Shown: positions 8,539 to 17,840 of the stretch, piece by piece
Layout of the letters: every line of letters starts with the position of its first letter
How positions within the stretch are numbered: the first letter of the stretch is position 1
DNA from: Minisyncoccia bacterium
Lineage (GTDB): Bacteria > Patescibacteriota > Minisyncoccia > Phycocordibacterales > Phycocordibacteraceae
Reading direction: 5' to 3'
DNA: 64,000 nt
NCBI GenBank assembly: GCA_038207395.1
Contig: JBBQZW010000002.1
Span: 309-64,308 of the forward strand
Notes under the pieces: generated by a model
What the model was told of the DNA's origin: nothing
Databases searched by the model: none
What the model saw: only the letters and a program-made list of their open reading frames with translations
Translations under genes and position numbers: made by a program

Positions 8539-10770
8539 ATGGCAAAGCGAAAGTCGAAGAAGCGAGACGCAGAAAATATGGACGCGCTAGTTACCTGGGC
8601 TAGCGGTGTTTTATTAATTGCGCTTGGACTTATACTCGCGCTTGGCGCGGCAGGGTACGCTACAGGCAGTAACTTTGGAGGTGATATCGGTAACCTTATT
8701 TTTACCTATACCTATCAGGGATTGGGTATAGCCGCCTTCCTCTTACCGATAGGTGTTGCTGCTGCTGGTATCGGTGTTCTTATGAAAAGCAGTTTCAAAC
8801 CAACACTCACCAGTGTTGGTTTTACGCTCATACTGCTTTCAGCACTTACGTTCCTCGGTGCGGTCGACCCGAATATCGAAGGAGGTGTTGGTCCCGGGGG
8901 TTTAGCAGGAACATGGGCAGGACTTGAGGCAATTCATCTCTTTGGATTTGCCGGAGCAGTCATACTTTTAAGTGCGCTTATATTAGTAGGCCTTGGTCTC
9001 GTAACTGACATACAGACTCTCTTCGCTCAGATTGGAGCGGTGGGCAGTAGAGCCGGTGAGGCACTTACCTCCATTAAGCTTCCTTCACGAAGTAAGGTGG
9101 AAGATAGCGATGAGGAAGATGCTGAAGAAGAACCTGTTGAAATTCCAGCTACAGGATCTGTTGAGACTACAGACGTTCCTGAGCGTGAACCTACCGTTAC
9201 CCATTTCAATGAAAACATTGCAACTGGAGGAATAGCACCCGGCGCTATTCCAAGTTTTGATGCTGAATATAACCCTCCTCCCCTTTCACTTCTTGGTGTT
9301 GATAAAGGAAAACCTGGAGTTGGTGATATTAAGGCAAATGCAAATATCATAAAGCGCACCTTTATTAACTTTGGTATTTCTGTGGAGATGGATGAAGTAT
9401 CTGTCGGACCAACAGTTACCCGCTACGCCATCAAACCTGCTGAAGGTGTCCGTCTTTCAAAGATAGTTGCCCTTCAGCAGAATCTTGAGCTTGCCCTTGC
9501 TGCGCATCCTGTTCGTATTGAAGCTCCTATTCCCGGTAAGTCGCTAGTAGGTATTGAGGTACCAAATGCATCAAAGGCAATGGTCGGTCTTGGTGGCATT
9601 ATGAATGCTCCTGAGTGGAATACGAGCACGAAGCCGCTCCTTGCCGCTATTGGGCGTGATATTGCCGGAACTCCTCATTACGTGAACGTTGCGAAGATGC
9701 CTCATGGTCTTATCGCAGGCGCTACAGGTTCTGGAAAGTCCGTTGCTATCCATGCAGTTATCGCTTCCCTCTTGTATCGAAATGGTCCAAATGCCCTTCG
9801 TTTTATTATGGTTGATCCTAAACGCGTTGAACTTACCCTTTATAACGGCATTCCTCATCTCCTTACGCCTGTAATTACGGATCCTAAAAAAGCCATCATG
9901 TCTCTCAAATGGGCAGCAAAAGAAATGGATCGCCGTTACGGCATCCTTGAAGGTGAACAGGTTCGCGATATTGATTCGTACCATAAAACGGTACTTGAGC
10001 CGGCAAAGAAGAAAGCTGAAAAGAATCCAGGGCTTGAGATTCCAGAAGCACTCCCCTACATCGTTATCGTTATCGATGAGCTCGCTGATATCATGCAGAC
10101 CTTCCCCCGTGAACTTGAAGCAGCTATCGTCCGCCTCGCACAGATGTCACGCGCTGTGGGTATTCACCTCATTCTTTCTACCCAACGTCCGTCCGTGAAC
10201 GTTATTACCGGTCTCATTAAAGCGAACGTTCCGACCCGTCTTGCCCTACAGGTTTCTTCTCAGATTGATTCACGTACTATTTTGGACACCGGTGGTGCTG
10301 AACAGCTTCTTGGTGCTGGTGACATGCTCTACATGAGCGCAGATATGCAAAAGCCGGTACGTGTCCAGACTGCATTTATTTCAGAAAGTGAGGTTAAAAA
10401 GGTTGCTCAATATATTAAGCAAAACAATGCAGGTAACCTCACCTCTATGGACCTCACGGGAGGTGCTGTGGCCGTACATGAGAATAACGACGCCGTGATG
10501 CTTGGTTCTGGTATGCAGGACATGATGGATGACGACAGCGATGATGACCTCTACATGGAAGCAAAGTCAGCGGTAGAGGAGGCTGGACGCGCTTCAACGT
10601 CCTATCTCCAGCGTAAGCTTCGTATCGGATACTCTCGTGCTGCCCGTCTTATGGATATCCTCGAAGAAAAAGGTGTTATTGGTCCTGCAGACGGATCCCG
10701 TCCCCGTGAAATCCTCAGCCAGGGTGGCTCTGGTGGAAGTGCTCCAGATACAGAAGAAGAGGATCTGTAG
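8539..10770 (+). CDS. ftsK: DNA translocase FtsK/SpoIIIE
   Basis: N-terminal TM region, Walker A GATGSGKSVAIHAVIASLL, DELAD Walker B and a C-terminal gamma (wHTH) domain YLQRKLRIGYSRAARLMDILEEKGVIGP. Confidence 0.9.
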   Translation: MAKRKSKKRDAENMDALVTWASGVLLIALGLILALGAAGYATGSNFGGDIGNLIFTYTYQGLGIAAFLLPIGVAAAGIGVLMKSSFKPTLTSVGFTLILLSALTFLGAVDPNIEGGVGPGGLAGTWAGLEAIHLFGFAGAVILLSALILVGLGLVTDIQTLFAQIGAVGSRAGEALTSIKLPSRSKVEDSDEEDAEEEPVEIPATGSVETTDVPEREPTVTHFNENIATGGIAPGAIPSFDAEYNPPPLSLLGVDKGKPGVGDIKANANIIKRTFINFGISVEMDEVSVGPTVTRYAIKPAEGVRLSKIVALQQNLELALAAHPVRIEAPIPGKSLVGIEVPNASKAMVGLGGIMNAPEWNTSTKPLLAAIGRDIAGTPHYVNVAKMPHGLIAGATGSGKSVAIHAVIASLLYRNGPNALRFIMVDPKRVELTLYNGIPHLLTPVITDPKKAIMSLKWAAKEMDRRYGILEGEQVRDIDSYHKTVLEPAKKKAEKNPGLEIPEALPYIVIVIDELADIMQTFPRELEAAIVRLAQMSRAVGIHLILSTQRPSVNVITGLIKANVPTRLALQVSSQIDSRTILDTGGAEQLLGAGDMLYMSADMQKPVRVQTAFISESEVKKVAQYIKQNNAGNLTSMDLTGGAVAVHENNDAVMLGSGMQDMMDDDSDDDLYMEAKSAVEEAGRASTSYLQRKLRIGYSRAARLMDILEEKGVIGPADGSRPREILSQGGSGGSAPDTEEEDL

Positions 10771-10776
10771 CCCCTT

Positions 10777-11100
10777 ATGAGCCTTACGACCCGCGCAATA
10801 AGCATATTCCTCCTACTCCTCGTGCTCTCCTATGGCTTTGTGAAGGCACTTCCCCTCCTACGAGGACCCAGTATCAGCATCTCAAGCATAACGACCAACG
10901 AAGTAGGCTTAACGCTTCTTTCAGGAACGGCAGCTCATACTGAAAAACTGTCTCTAAATGGAGGCACGCAATTGATTGATAGCGAGGGTCATTTCTCGAC
11001 CCAGCTGATGCTTCCCCGCGGAGGCGCTATACTTAGCCTAACGGCAACCGACCGCTTTGGGCGCAGCCGAACGCTTGAGCGGACCGTGATTACCCCGTAA
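10777..11100 (+). CDS. Small membrane-anchored hypothetical protein
   Basis: 107 aa ORF with an N-terminal hydrophobic anchor, [15 protein letters not shown]. It starts 7 nt after the ftsK stop. Confidence 0.35.
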   Translation: MSLTTRAISIFLLLLVLSYGFVKALPLLRGPSISISSITTNEVGLTLLSGTAAHTEKLSLNGGTQLIDSEGHFSTQLMLPRGGAILSLTATDRFGRSRTLERTVITP

Positions 11101-11123
11101 TTTATCATTTTAGATCTCGTTAT

Positions 11124-12239
11124 ATGCCAGCAAAGAAAGTCGCAAAGTTCTCAAAAAAGAAAAGCACCTCTACCCCCGAAGAAGAAATGGGTATGGAAGC
11201 TGATGTAGATATTGATGCCGAAGATACTCCGAAAGGTCCTAAGGATACTGACGCTGAGGCTCGCAGAAAATCTATCGAGCTTGCGATAAAGGAAATCAAA
11301 ACAAAATTCGGTGATGAAGCAATAATGACGTACGGCTCGACGAAACCGTCAGCTATTGAATCCATCCCAACCGGCTCTATCGGTCTTGATGCCGCACTTG
11401 GTATCGGCGGACTTCCCCGTGGACGTATCATTGAAATATTTGGCCCGGAGTCTTCAGGTAAGACAACCCTTGCCTTGCACTCTATTGCAGAGGCGCAGAA
11501 GAAAGGTGGAGTATGTGCGTTTGTGGATGCTGAGCACGCGCTTGATCCTGAGTATGCACGAAAGATTGGGGTGAAGCTCGGAGAGCTTCTTATCTCACAG
11601 CCTGACACCGGAGAACAAGCGCTTGAGATTGTTGAATCTCTTGTCCGTGCAAACTCCGTAGACATCATTGTTGTGGACTCGGTCGCAGCACTCACACCAA
11701 AAGATGAGATCGAAGGCGACATGGGAGCACACCACGTGGGTAAGCAGGCGCGTCTCATGAGCCAGGCACTTCGAAAGCTGACCGCCATCACGGCAAAGTC
11801 AAAGACGACCGTTATTTTCATTAACCAGATCCGCATGCAGATTGGCGTGATGTTTGGTAACCCAGAAACAACTCCCGGTGGTAAGGCACTTAAGTTCTAT
11901 ACGTCTGTTCGTCTTGATATACGCCGTATCGCGCAGATTAAGAAGGGTGAGGAGATTGTGGGAGGACGCGTTCGTGTGAAGGTTGTTAAGAACAAAGTGG
12001 CCGCTCCATTCAAGACCACTGAGTTTGATCTTATGTACAACGAAGGTATTTCCCGAGAAGGTGAGATCATCGCACTCGGTGAGAAGTATGACATTGTGAC
12101 AAAGTCAGGCTCAAGCTACAGCTATGGTGAACAGAAGCTCGGCCGTGGGTATGACGCAACGCGCACGTTCCTTCGTGAGAATAAACCTATCGCAACAGAG
12201 ATTCTGAAGAAGATTCGGGTTGAGTTGGATAAGGCGTAA
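11124..12239 (+). CDS. recA: Recombinase A, with an acidic N-terminal extension of about 40 aa
   Basis: [54 protein letters not shown] and the rest of the protein are canonical RecA. Confidence 0.95.
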   Translation: MPAKKVAKFSKKKSTSTPEEEMGMEADVDIDAEDTPKGPKDTDAEARRKSIELAIKEIKTKFGDEAIMTYGSTKPSAIESIPTGSIGLDAALGIGGLPRGRIIEIFGPESSGKTTLALHSIAEAQKKGGVCAFVDAEHALDPEYARKIGVKLGELLISQPDTGEQALEIVESLVRANSVDIIVVDSVAALTPKDEIEGDMGAHHVGKQARLMSQALRKLTAITAKSKTTVIFINQIRMQIGVMFGNPETTPGGKALKFYTSVRLDIRRIAQIKKGEEIVGGRVRVKVVKNKVAAPFKTTEFDLMYNEGISREGEIIALGEKYDIVTKSGSSYSYGEQKLGRGYDATRTFLRENKPIATEILKKIRVELDKA

Positions 12240-12244
12240 ATAGT

Positions 12245-12384
12245 AAAAACAAAAACACTCCGTTTGCGAGAGCGCTCCGGGCCACCCCAAGGGTACTTCC
12301 AAATTACTAAGTCACTACGTTCTTAAGTAATTTGGGGTGCGCTAGGCCCGGGTCTTACTCTCGCAAACGGAGTGTTTTTGTTTT
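12245..12384. terminator. 140 nt quasi-palindrome with a perfect 27 bp outer stem and nested inner stems, a probable bidirectional terminator between recA and the anti-sigma gene
   Basis: aaaaacaaaaacactccgtttgcgagag (12245-12272) is exactly complementary to ctctcgcaaacggagtgtttttgtttt (12358-12384). Inner pairs ccgggcc/ggcccgg, accccaa/ttggggt and ccaaattactaag/cttaagtaatttgg are also present. Confidence 0.55.
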
Positions 12385-12392
12385 CCCGTATC

Positions 12393-12731
12393 TTACGTGG
12401 TGAGTCGAGAGAGAGGTTTAATCCTGACTAGACGAACTACTTCACACAGAAACCAAAATATAGCGACAAAGACAAGAAGTATGAGTATCTGAACAATGAA
12501 ATGAGTGTGTGAAAAAGCTGAAAGTCCAAATCGGATAACGCCAGGAATATCTGTACTGCTTGGCATATTTTGAAACACCCGTGCAACCCATACTTCCCTA
12601 CCAATTACATATAGTGCGGCGATAAGTGTTAGTACTGAAATACCTATCCCGGTTGCAGAGGTGCGGAGCGCATGAATGGTGCGAATGCGCTGCATTACTA
12701 TTTCTTGGATACGTGAATTATTCATAATCAT
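12393..12731 (-). CDS. Small single-pass membrane protein, a candidate anti-sigma factor
   Basis: 112 aa ORF with one TM helix, overlapping the stop of the upstream ECF sigma gene by 14 nt (translational coupling). Confidence 0.4.
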   Translation of the reverse strand: MIMNNSRIQEIVMQRIRTIHALRTSATGIGISVLTLIAALYVIGREVWVARVFQNMPSSTDIPGVIRFGLSAFSHTHFIVQILILLVFVAIFWFLCEVVRLVRIKPLSRLTT

Positions 12732-13320
12732 GAGTAGAGTGAGTCATTGCTTCTTTTGCTATTTTCTTTGCTCGGAACACCCGCGTCTTTATGGCCGGTA
12801 CCGTCGCACCTTCCAGAAGCGCAATTTCTTCCTGCGTCTTACCTTCAAGAAACTGAAGCCGTAAAAGGCGTGCGCACGATTCAGGGACTCGGGATAACAC
12901 ATTAAGGACTTCATTTCGAATTGATAATTCGTCCAGAAATGATTCAGTATCCGGGAGTCGTTCAAATGCTTCGGACTCTAAGGCGAGCATACGTCCATTG
13001 TCCCTCTTTAACTTCTGATATCGGGTGAAGCAAAGACGGGTGAGAATAGTATAGGCCCATGAAGAAAATTGTGCCCCTGACTGTGCCTCATATTTATCTG
13101 CATAGAGATATATACGGGTAAACGTGTCTTGGACCACTTCTTGAGCATCCTCATGGGAACGCAGGATGTGCTTGGCACGACGAAGGAATGGGGATTCATA
13201 TCGTTCTACGAGAATAGCGAAGGCATCTGGGAGATCTTTGGACGCGAAAAGGACCTCCTCATCGGGGGCGTCTTTCAGAGTCTCGAGCGATTTTGAATAC
13301 CGCATTACGTCTTGTATCAT
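12718..13320 (-). CDS. RNA polymerase sigma-70 family factor, ECF subfamily
   Basis: Region 2 VVQDTFTRIYLYADKYEAQSGAQFSSWAYTI and region 4 LQFLEGKTQEEIALLEGATVPAIKTRVFRAKKIAKEAM. Confidence 0.8.
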   Translation of the reverse strand: MIQDVMRYSKSLETLKDAPDEEVLFASKDLPDAFAILVERYESPFLRRAKHILRSHEDAQEVVQDTFTRIYLYADKYEAQSGAQFSSWAYTILTRLCFTRYQKLKRDNGRMLALESEAFERLPDTESFLDELSIRNEVLNVLSRVPESCARLLRLQFLEGKTQEEIALLEGATVPAIKTRVFRAKKIAKEAMTHSTHDYE

Positions 13321-13416
13321 ACCCCAGTCGGCTTAGTACCCATATCAGGGTACTAGCTATAACCTCCGGCATCTCGCATTCGTTTCAATTATTCCTCTTT
13401 TCAGTATCATTCCCCT

Positions 13417-13992
13417 ATGGCAATCCTTTCCTATAACGAAATAACACAGAAGAAAGTCATTGAGTACAACAATGAACCATACGAAGTACTTTCTTCGCAC
13501 GTCTTTCGTATGCAGCAGCGCAAACCAGTGAATCAGACAAAACTACGTCATTTAGTGTCTGGCAAAGTAACCGAAATTTCATTCCACCAAAGCGAAACGG
13601 TTCCAGAAGCAGACATTAGTAAGATGCAGGCGCAGTACCTGTATACGAACCGCGGAGAGTCCTGGTTCGCTGAAGAAGGTAACGCGAAGAATCGGTTCGC
13701 CTTTCCTGAAGCAGATGTCTCAGACAAAGTGAAGTGGCTAAAGATTGGATCGACCGTCGAGGTAATGCTTTACAAGGACAATCCTGCAACTATCGATATT
13801 CCGATCAAAATTGAACTTACGGTTACAGAAGCTCCTCCAGGAATTAAGGGCGACACCGCAACTGGCGGAAATAAGCTCGTGAAGCTTGAATCAGGAGCAG
13901 GAGTTCTAACTCCCCTCTTCATAAACGAAGGTGATGTTATTCGTATCAATAGCGATACAGGTGAATACGTGGAGCGAGTGAACAAAGCGTAG
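13417..13992 (+). CDS. efp: Elongation factor P
   Basis: 191 aa with three-domain EF-P architecture. The KPG motif region reads VFRMQQRKPVNQTKLRHLVSGKV. Confidence 0.9.
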   Translation: MAILSYNEITQKKVIEYNNEPYEVLSSHVFRMQQRKPVNQTKLRHLVSGKVTEISFHQSETVPEADISKMQAQYLYTNRGESWFAEEGNAKNRFAFPEADVSDKVKWLKIGSTVEVMLYKDNPATIDIPIKIELTVTEAPPGIKGDTATGGNKLVKLESGAGVLTPLFINEGDVIRINSDTGEYVERVNKA

Positions 13993-14053
13993 AGAAAACA
14001 AAAAACTTCCCGCAACCAGATCATTTAGGTTGCGGGAAGTTTTTTGTTTTCTA
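13993..14053. terminator. Bidirectional intrinsic terminator (22 bp perfect stem, agaaaacaaaaaacttcccgcaacc / ggttgcgggaagttttttgttttct)
   Basis: Perfect inverted repeat with A-tract and T-tract flanks, between convergent efp (+) and rpsR (-). Confidence 0.7.
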
Positions 14054-14059
14054 TCTAAA

Positions 14060-14266
14060 CTACGCAGCAAGATATGGCAGAAGTGCCATATAGCGAGCAC
14101 GCTTGATTGCAAGGGTGATTTCGCGCTGCTTTCCTGAGCTCATTCCCGTTCGCTTCTTCGCAAGAATCTTTGCGTGTGGATTCATGAACTGGCGGAGATA
14201 CGCTACGTCCTTATAGTCTACAAATTTCTTGTGCTCAAGTTCTTCGCGCTGTGATTGATGTGCCAT
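14060..14266 (-). CDS. rpsR: 30S ribosomal protein S18
   Basis: MAHQSQREELEHKKFVDYKDVAYLRQFMNPHAKILAKKRTGMSSGKQREITLAIKRARYMALLPY is canonical S18. Confidence 0.9.
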   Translation of the reverse strand: MAHQSQREELEHKKFVDYKDVAYLRQFMNPHAKILAKKRTGMSSGKQREITLAIKRARYMALLPYLAA

Positions 14267-14366
14267 GGATACTTTTGTTAACAGAGTGAAACTCTGGGGT
14301 GTTAGTAGGAGCTAGGCTCCGGCTGGGTAATACGAGGAGTATGCCTCGGGGGTTAGTAAATTGCAA
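14267..14366 (-). promoter_or_regulatory. Promoter (-35 TTGCAA at 14361-14366, 17 nt spacer, -10 CATACT at 14338-14343) and conserved 5' leader of rpsR, a duplicate of the rpsF leader
   Basis: 59 nt are identical to the segment upstream of rpsF, split by a 24 nt hairpin insertion (acagagtgaaactctggggtgtta). The -35/-10 spacing is identical in both copies. Confidence 0.5.
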
Positions 14367-14385
14367 ACGAGAGAGCGTTCTGGGT

Positions 14386-14910
14386 CTAAAACGGAATATC
14401 CTCTGGGTTGATCTCATCATCCGGATACTGGATGGATTCTCCACCCACTGAAGGTCCTCCGAAGTCGTCCATTGGATTTCCTGATGCAGCTGAGGGCGCG
14501 CTTGATGGGCGTGATGAGCTTCCGTCAGCACTCTGAGCACCTGAGCTCATTCCGCCCATTCCTGGGCCTCCAGCACCCGCTCCTCCTGCCTGAGGGCCAA
14601 ACTGGAAGTTATCAACAACGATTTCCGTACGGTAATTCTTCTTTCCATCTGCTTCCCACGAACGAGTCTGGATGCGTCCTTCAAGAAACACCGGACGTCC
14701 CTTCTTTAGATACTGCCCAATGACTTCAGCCTGGCGACCAAATGCCACAATATTGTGATATTCCGTCTGATCCTGCTGCTGTCCCTCTTTGTTTTTAAAG
14801 GAACGGTTGGTGGCAATAGAGAAACTTGCTACTTGCTGCCCTCCGGGGAGCGCACGCAGTTCTGGGTCGCGGGTAAGGTTTCCGTAGAGGAATGCTTTGT
14901 TGAGATACAT
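14386..14910 (-). CDS. ssb: Single-stranded DNA-binding protein
   Basis: OB-fold N-terminus MYLNKAFLYGNLTRDPELR..., a Gly-rich linker and the C-terminal acidic tip DDEINPEDIPF. Confidence 0.9.
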   Translation of the reverse strand: MYLNKAFLYGNLTRDPELRALPGGQQVASFSIATNRSFKNKEGQQQDQTEYHNIVAFGRQAEVIGQYLKKGRPVFLEGRIQTRSWEADGKKNYRTEIVVDNFQFGPQAGGAGAGGPGMGGMSSGAQSADGSSSRPSSAPSAASGNPMDDFGGPSVGGESIQYPDDEINPEDIPF

Positions 14911-14946
14911 ATGCTCTTAGTGTATCACTTCAAAATACTGACCTGC

Positions 14947-15456
14947 TTACGCAGCCTCTTCTGCAGCGGGAGCAGGGACGGTTTCAGCTTCTGGCTCTAC
15001 AGCAGCTGCTTCTGCAGCATCATCCTCTTCTCCCTGCTGAAGCGCAGCCTGAGCAAACATTTCCTGCATTTCTGCTGAATGCTTTGCTTCGTCTACAGTT
15101 GAGCGAATATCGAGGAAACGAATGATACGGAGGTCAGTTCGTGCCATTTCTCCGATACGGTCATGTCCTGCACCATCTGCTTCGTACGCAATCCAGCAAA
15201 AGAATGCTGAGTTAAAATCACGACGTCCGGCAGTGTTTGAACGTGAAATGGTGTATGCAAGAGGGATTTTAACGGGCTCCCCTTCTGCAACGACCGTACC
15301 AACACTCGCGACGAGTTCACGAACTGCATGGTACGCCTTCTTTACTTCCTCCTGAGGAAGTTCTGGATCAAGATGAAAACCGAGCTCGTATACACGTGGC
15401 TCTGGGCCACTTTCTTCGAGTCCTTCAATAACGAGCGCTTCTTTTTGTTTTGCCAT
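14947..15456 (-). CDS. rpsF: 30S ribosomal protein S6 with an acidic Ala/Glu-rich C-terminal extension
   Basis: The S6 fold sequence PRVYELGFHLDPELPQEEVKKAYHAVRELVASVGTVV..., in rpsF-ssb-rpsR operon order. Confidence 0.85.
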   Translation of the reverse strand: MAKQKEALVIEGLEESGPEPRVYELGFHLDPELPQEEVKKAYHAVRELVASVGTVVAEGEPVKIPLAYTISRSNTAGRRDFNSAFFCWIAYEADGAGHDRIGEMARTDLRIIRFLDIRSTVDEAKHSAEMQEMFAQAALQQGEEDDAAEAAAVEPEAETVPAPAAEEAA

Positions 15457-15532
15457 GGATACTTTTGTTAGTAGGAGCTAGGCTCCGGCTGGGTAATACG
15501 AGGAGTATGCCCTCTGAAAGACGAAATTGCAA
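15457..15532 (-). promoter_or_regulatory. Promoter (-35 TTGCAA at 15527-15532, 17 nt spacer, -10 CATACT at 15504-15509) and conserved 5' leader of rpsF
   Basis: Identical to the rpsR upstream module: ...gtaggagctaggctccggctgggtaatacgaggagtatgcc..., containing a GGAGC-CUA-GCUCC hairpin. Confidence 0.5.
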
Positions 15533-15542
15533 CCTGGCCGGG

Positions 15543-16346
15543 CTAAAGATTTCCTGTAGGAACCTTAAAAACTCGTTCAACATTTTGAAGGATATCCCCA
15601 CGAACCTTTTCCGAATCCAGCCCTCGAATTCCCGCTATTGCCTCAATAATGGCAGGGACGGCGCGCGGATCATTTCGCTTACCTCGGTTCGGAGCGGGTG
15701 CCACGTACGGAGAGTCTGTCTCGGTAATAAGATGCGTTAGCGGAGCAAATCGGACGACATCGTCATACTCGTGCGTAAATGTAAGAACGGCAGTATAGGA
15801 AAGCGTGAAGTCTAGCTCAATGAGTTTACGAGCTTCGTCAACTCCTCCGACAAAAAAATGAATATTCCCACTCAACGCATCCCCATACTCATGCTTAGCT
15901 GAAGTGAGAATATCAATAAGGTCACGGTATGCATCCTGAGTACCTTTTGCGGGACGTGCATGAATCATTAAAGGCTTTCGTACTGAAGCGGCTAAGTGCA
16001 CATGCTCAAAGAATACGTTTCGTTGTACTGGTTTCGCCACGTCCACATCTTCAGGTCGGTAGTTATCTAACCCGCACTCCCCTATCGCAACTACTTTCGG
16101 ATGCTGTGCTAATTCTATATAGTCCTCAATCCCTCTAAACTCCTGTGCACTATTTGGGTGAAGTCCCACCGACGCAAATAACGTCTTTGAATCCTCAACG
16201 AGATCAATCGCTTTTTCTGAAGAATCCAGATCAACACCAACAACAATGCCCCCAATCTCCTTCTTATCCATCGAAGTCATTAGTTCGACACGATCTTCGT
16301 CGTACTGTGGAAACTGAATGTGACAGTGCGCGTCAAAGTATTTCAT
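15543..16346 (-). CDS. tatD: TatD family metal-dependent hydrolase (DNase)
   Basis: MKYFDAHCHIQFP... and the conserved His/Asp/Glu pattern of TatD. Confidence 0.85.
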   Translation of the reverse strand: MKYFDAHCHIQFPQYDEDRVELMTSMDKKEIGGIVVGVDLDSSEKAIDLVEDSKTLFASVGLHPNSAQEFRGIEDYIELAQHPKVVAIGECGLDNYRPEDVDVAKPVQRNVFFEHVHLAASVRKPLMIHARPAKGTQDAYRDLIDILTSAKHEYGDALSGNIHFFVGGVDEARKLIELDFTLSYTAVLTFTHEYDDVVRFAPLTHLITETDSPYVAPAPNRGKRNDPRAVPAIIEAIAGIRGLDSEKVRGDILQNVERVFKVPTGNL

Positions 16347-16376
16347 AGGGGCGTGGAATTCAGTAGAAAGAAGTAT

Positions 16377-17813
16377 TTACGCCAAACGAGGGAATAAATT
16401 CTCTGGCTTCTTATTCTCCCGTACTGCAGCAAATATTTGTTCGCTCGTTGTTGGCATACAGGGAGCAAGGTGAAGTGCAATCTTTGCAACATGCTTCACG
16501 AGTTTTGCGATGTCTTCTTTTCCCTGCTCTTTTGTTGCTTCTTCCTTAACCGCCTTGTATGGCGCACGCTCTGTCATAAATTCGTCGCCGCGCGCAATCT
16601 GTTCCCAGATTATGTCAGCAACTTCGGTAAAGGCGAACGTGTTCATGTGCTTAGTAAGCTGAACGTCTATGAGTATATCTTCAGGGCCGAGCACTACGGG
16701 TTTCTCAAGATGTTCTTCAGCAAGTTTCATAACACGCGCCACCAAATTACCGAGACCGTTCACGAGATTAGCCGTATACCATTCATCCAAGCGCTCCCAG
16801 GTGATATCTGAGTCGTCTGTTGGGTGCGCATGCCTAATGAGCAGATAGCGTGTTGCATCCATACCGTATTTCTCAATGAGCTCATACGGACTAATGACAT
16901 TGCCTATCGACTTACTCATCTTCTGTCCGCCTGAGTTAATAAAGCCGTGATAGAACACTTGATCGGTGGTTTTAATATCAGCAGACATCAGCATGGCTTG
17001 CCAAATAAGTGACTGGAACCGTACCTGGTCTTTCCCCGCCACCTGCACCACACGCCCATCTGTCCAGAATTTCGTAAAGTTTCCTTCTGGATCCTTGGGC
17101 CAGCCGAGTGTTGAAATGTAATTAGTCAGCGCATCAAACCACACGTACATGACTTGAGAATCATCACCGGGGACTGGAACACCCCAACTCATACGCGCAA
17201 CCTCACGCGAAATACTAAAATCCTCAAGGCCATTTTGAACAAAATGTAATGCTTCCTTTCGGCGAAACTCTGGCACTATCACCGATTCCTGTGAAAGATA
17301 TGCTATGAGTTTTTCTTGGTACGCCGAAAACTTAAAGAAATAGTTCTCTTCTTCGATACTCACCAAGTCCTGATTCGGGTGATTTGGACAGCGACCATTA
17401 ACGAGATCTGTTTCTTTAACAAACATCTCATCACCCACACAGTACAAACCAGTGTATTTCTTCTTATAGATATCCCCCGCTGCTTCACAGCGTTTCCATA
17501 GTTCTTGCGCAGCTGCGGTATGGGCTGGATCAGTGGTACGAATGAAGTGATCGTACGAAAGTCCGAGCGCTTCGCCGAGCTTCTTAAACTCAGCCGCATA
17601 GTGATCCACATATTCCTGCACATCTTTCCCTTCTGACTCAGCTTTTTGAAAGATCTTCTGTCCGTGTTCATCGGTACCGGTGCTGAAAAACACCTCGTCA
17701 CCTTCAAGGCGCCAGGTGCGCGCTAATACATCTGCCTGAAGAAATTCAAGCGCATGTCCTATGTGCGGATCAGCATTAACGTATGGAAGAGTCGTTGTTA
17801 GATACCGGTTCAT
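16377..17813 (-). CDS. metG: Methionyl-tRNA synthetase, short form without a C-terminal tRNA-binding domain
   Basis: HIGH motif in YVNADPHIGHALEFLQADVLARTWRL and KMSKS in GQKMSKSIGN. At 478 aa it is a minimal MetRS. Confidence 0.9.
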   Translation of the reverse strand: MNRYLTTTLPYVNADPHIGHALEFLQADVLARTWRLEGDEVFFSTGTDEHGQKIFQKAESEGKDVQEYVDHYAAEFKKLGEALGLSYDHFIRTTDPAHTAAAQELWKRCEAAGDIYKKKYTGLYCVGDEMFVKETDLVNGRCPNHPNQDLVSIEEENYFFKFSAYQEKLIAYLSQESVIVPEFRRKEALHFVQNGLEDFSISREVARMSWGVPVPGDDSQVMYVWFDALTNYISTLGWPKDPEGNFTKFWTDGRVVQVAGKDQVRFQSLIWQAMLMSADIKTTDQVFYHGFINSGGQKMSKSIGNVISPYELIEKYGMDATRYLLIRHAHPTDDSDITWERLDEWYTANLVNGLGNLVARVMKLAEEHLEKPVVLGPEDILIDVQLTKHMNTFAFTEVADIIWEQIARGDEFMTERAPYKAVKEEATKEQGKEDIAKLVKHVAKIALHLAPCMPTTSEQIFAAVRENKKPENLFPRLA

Positions 17814-17840
17814 ATATATACGATACTCCCGAACGCAGCT

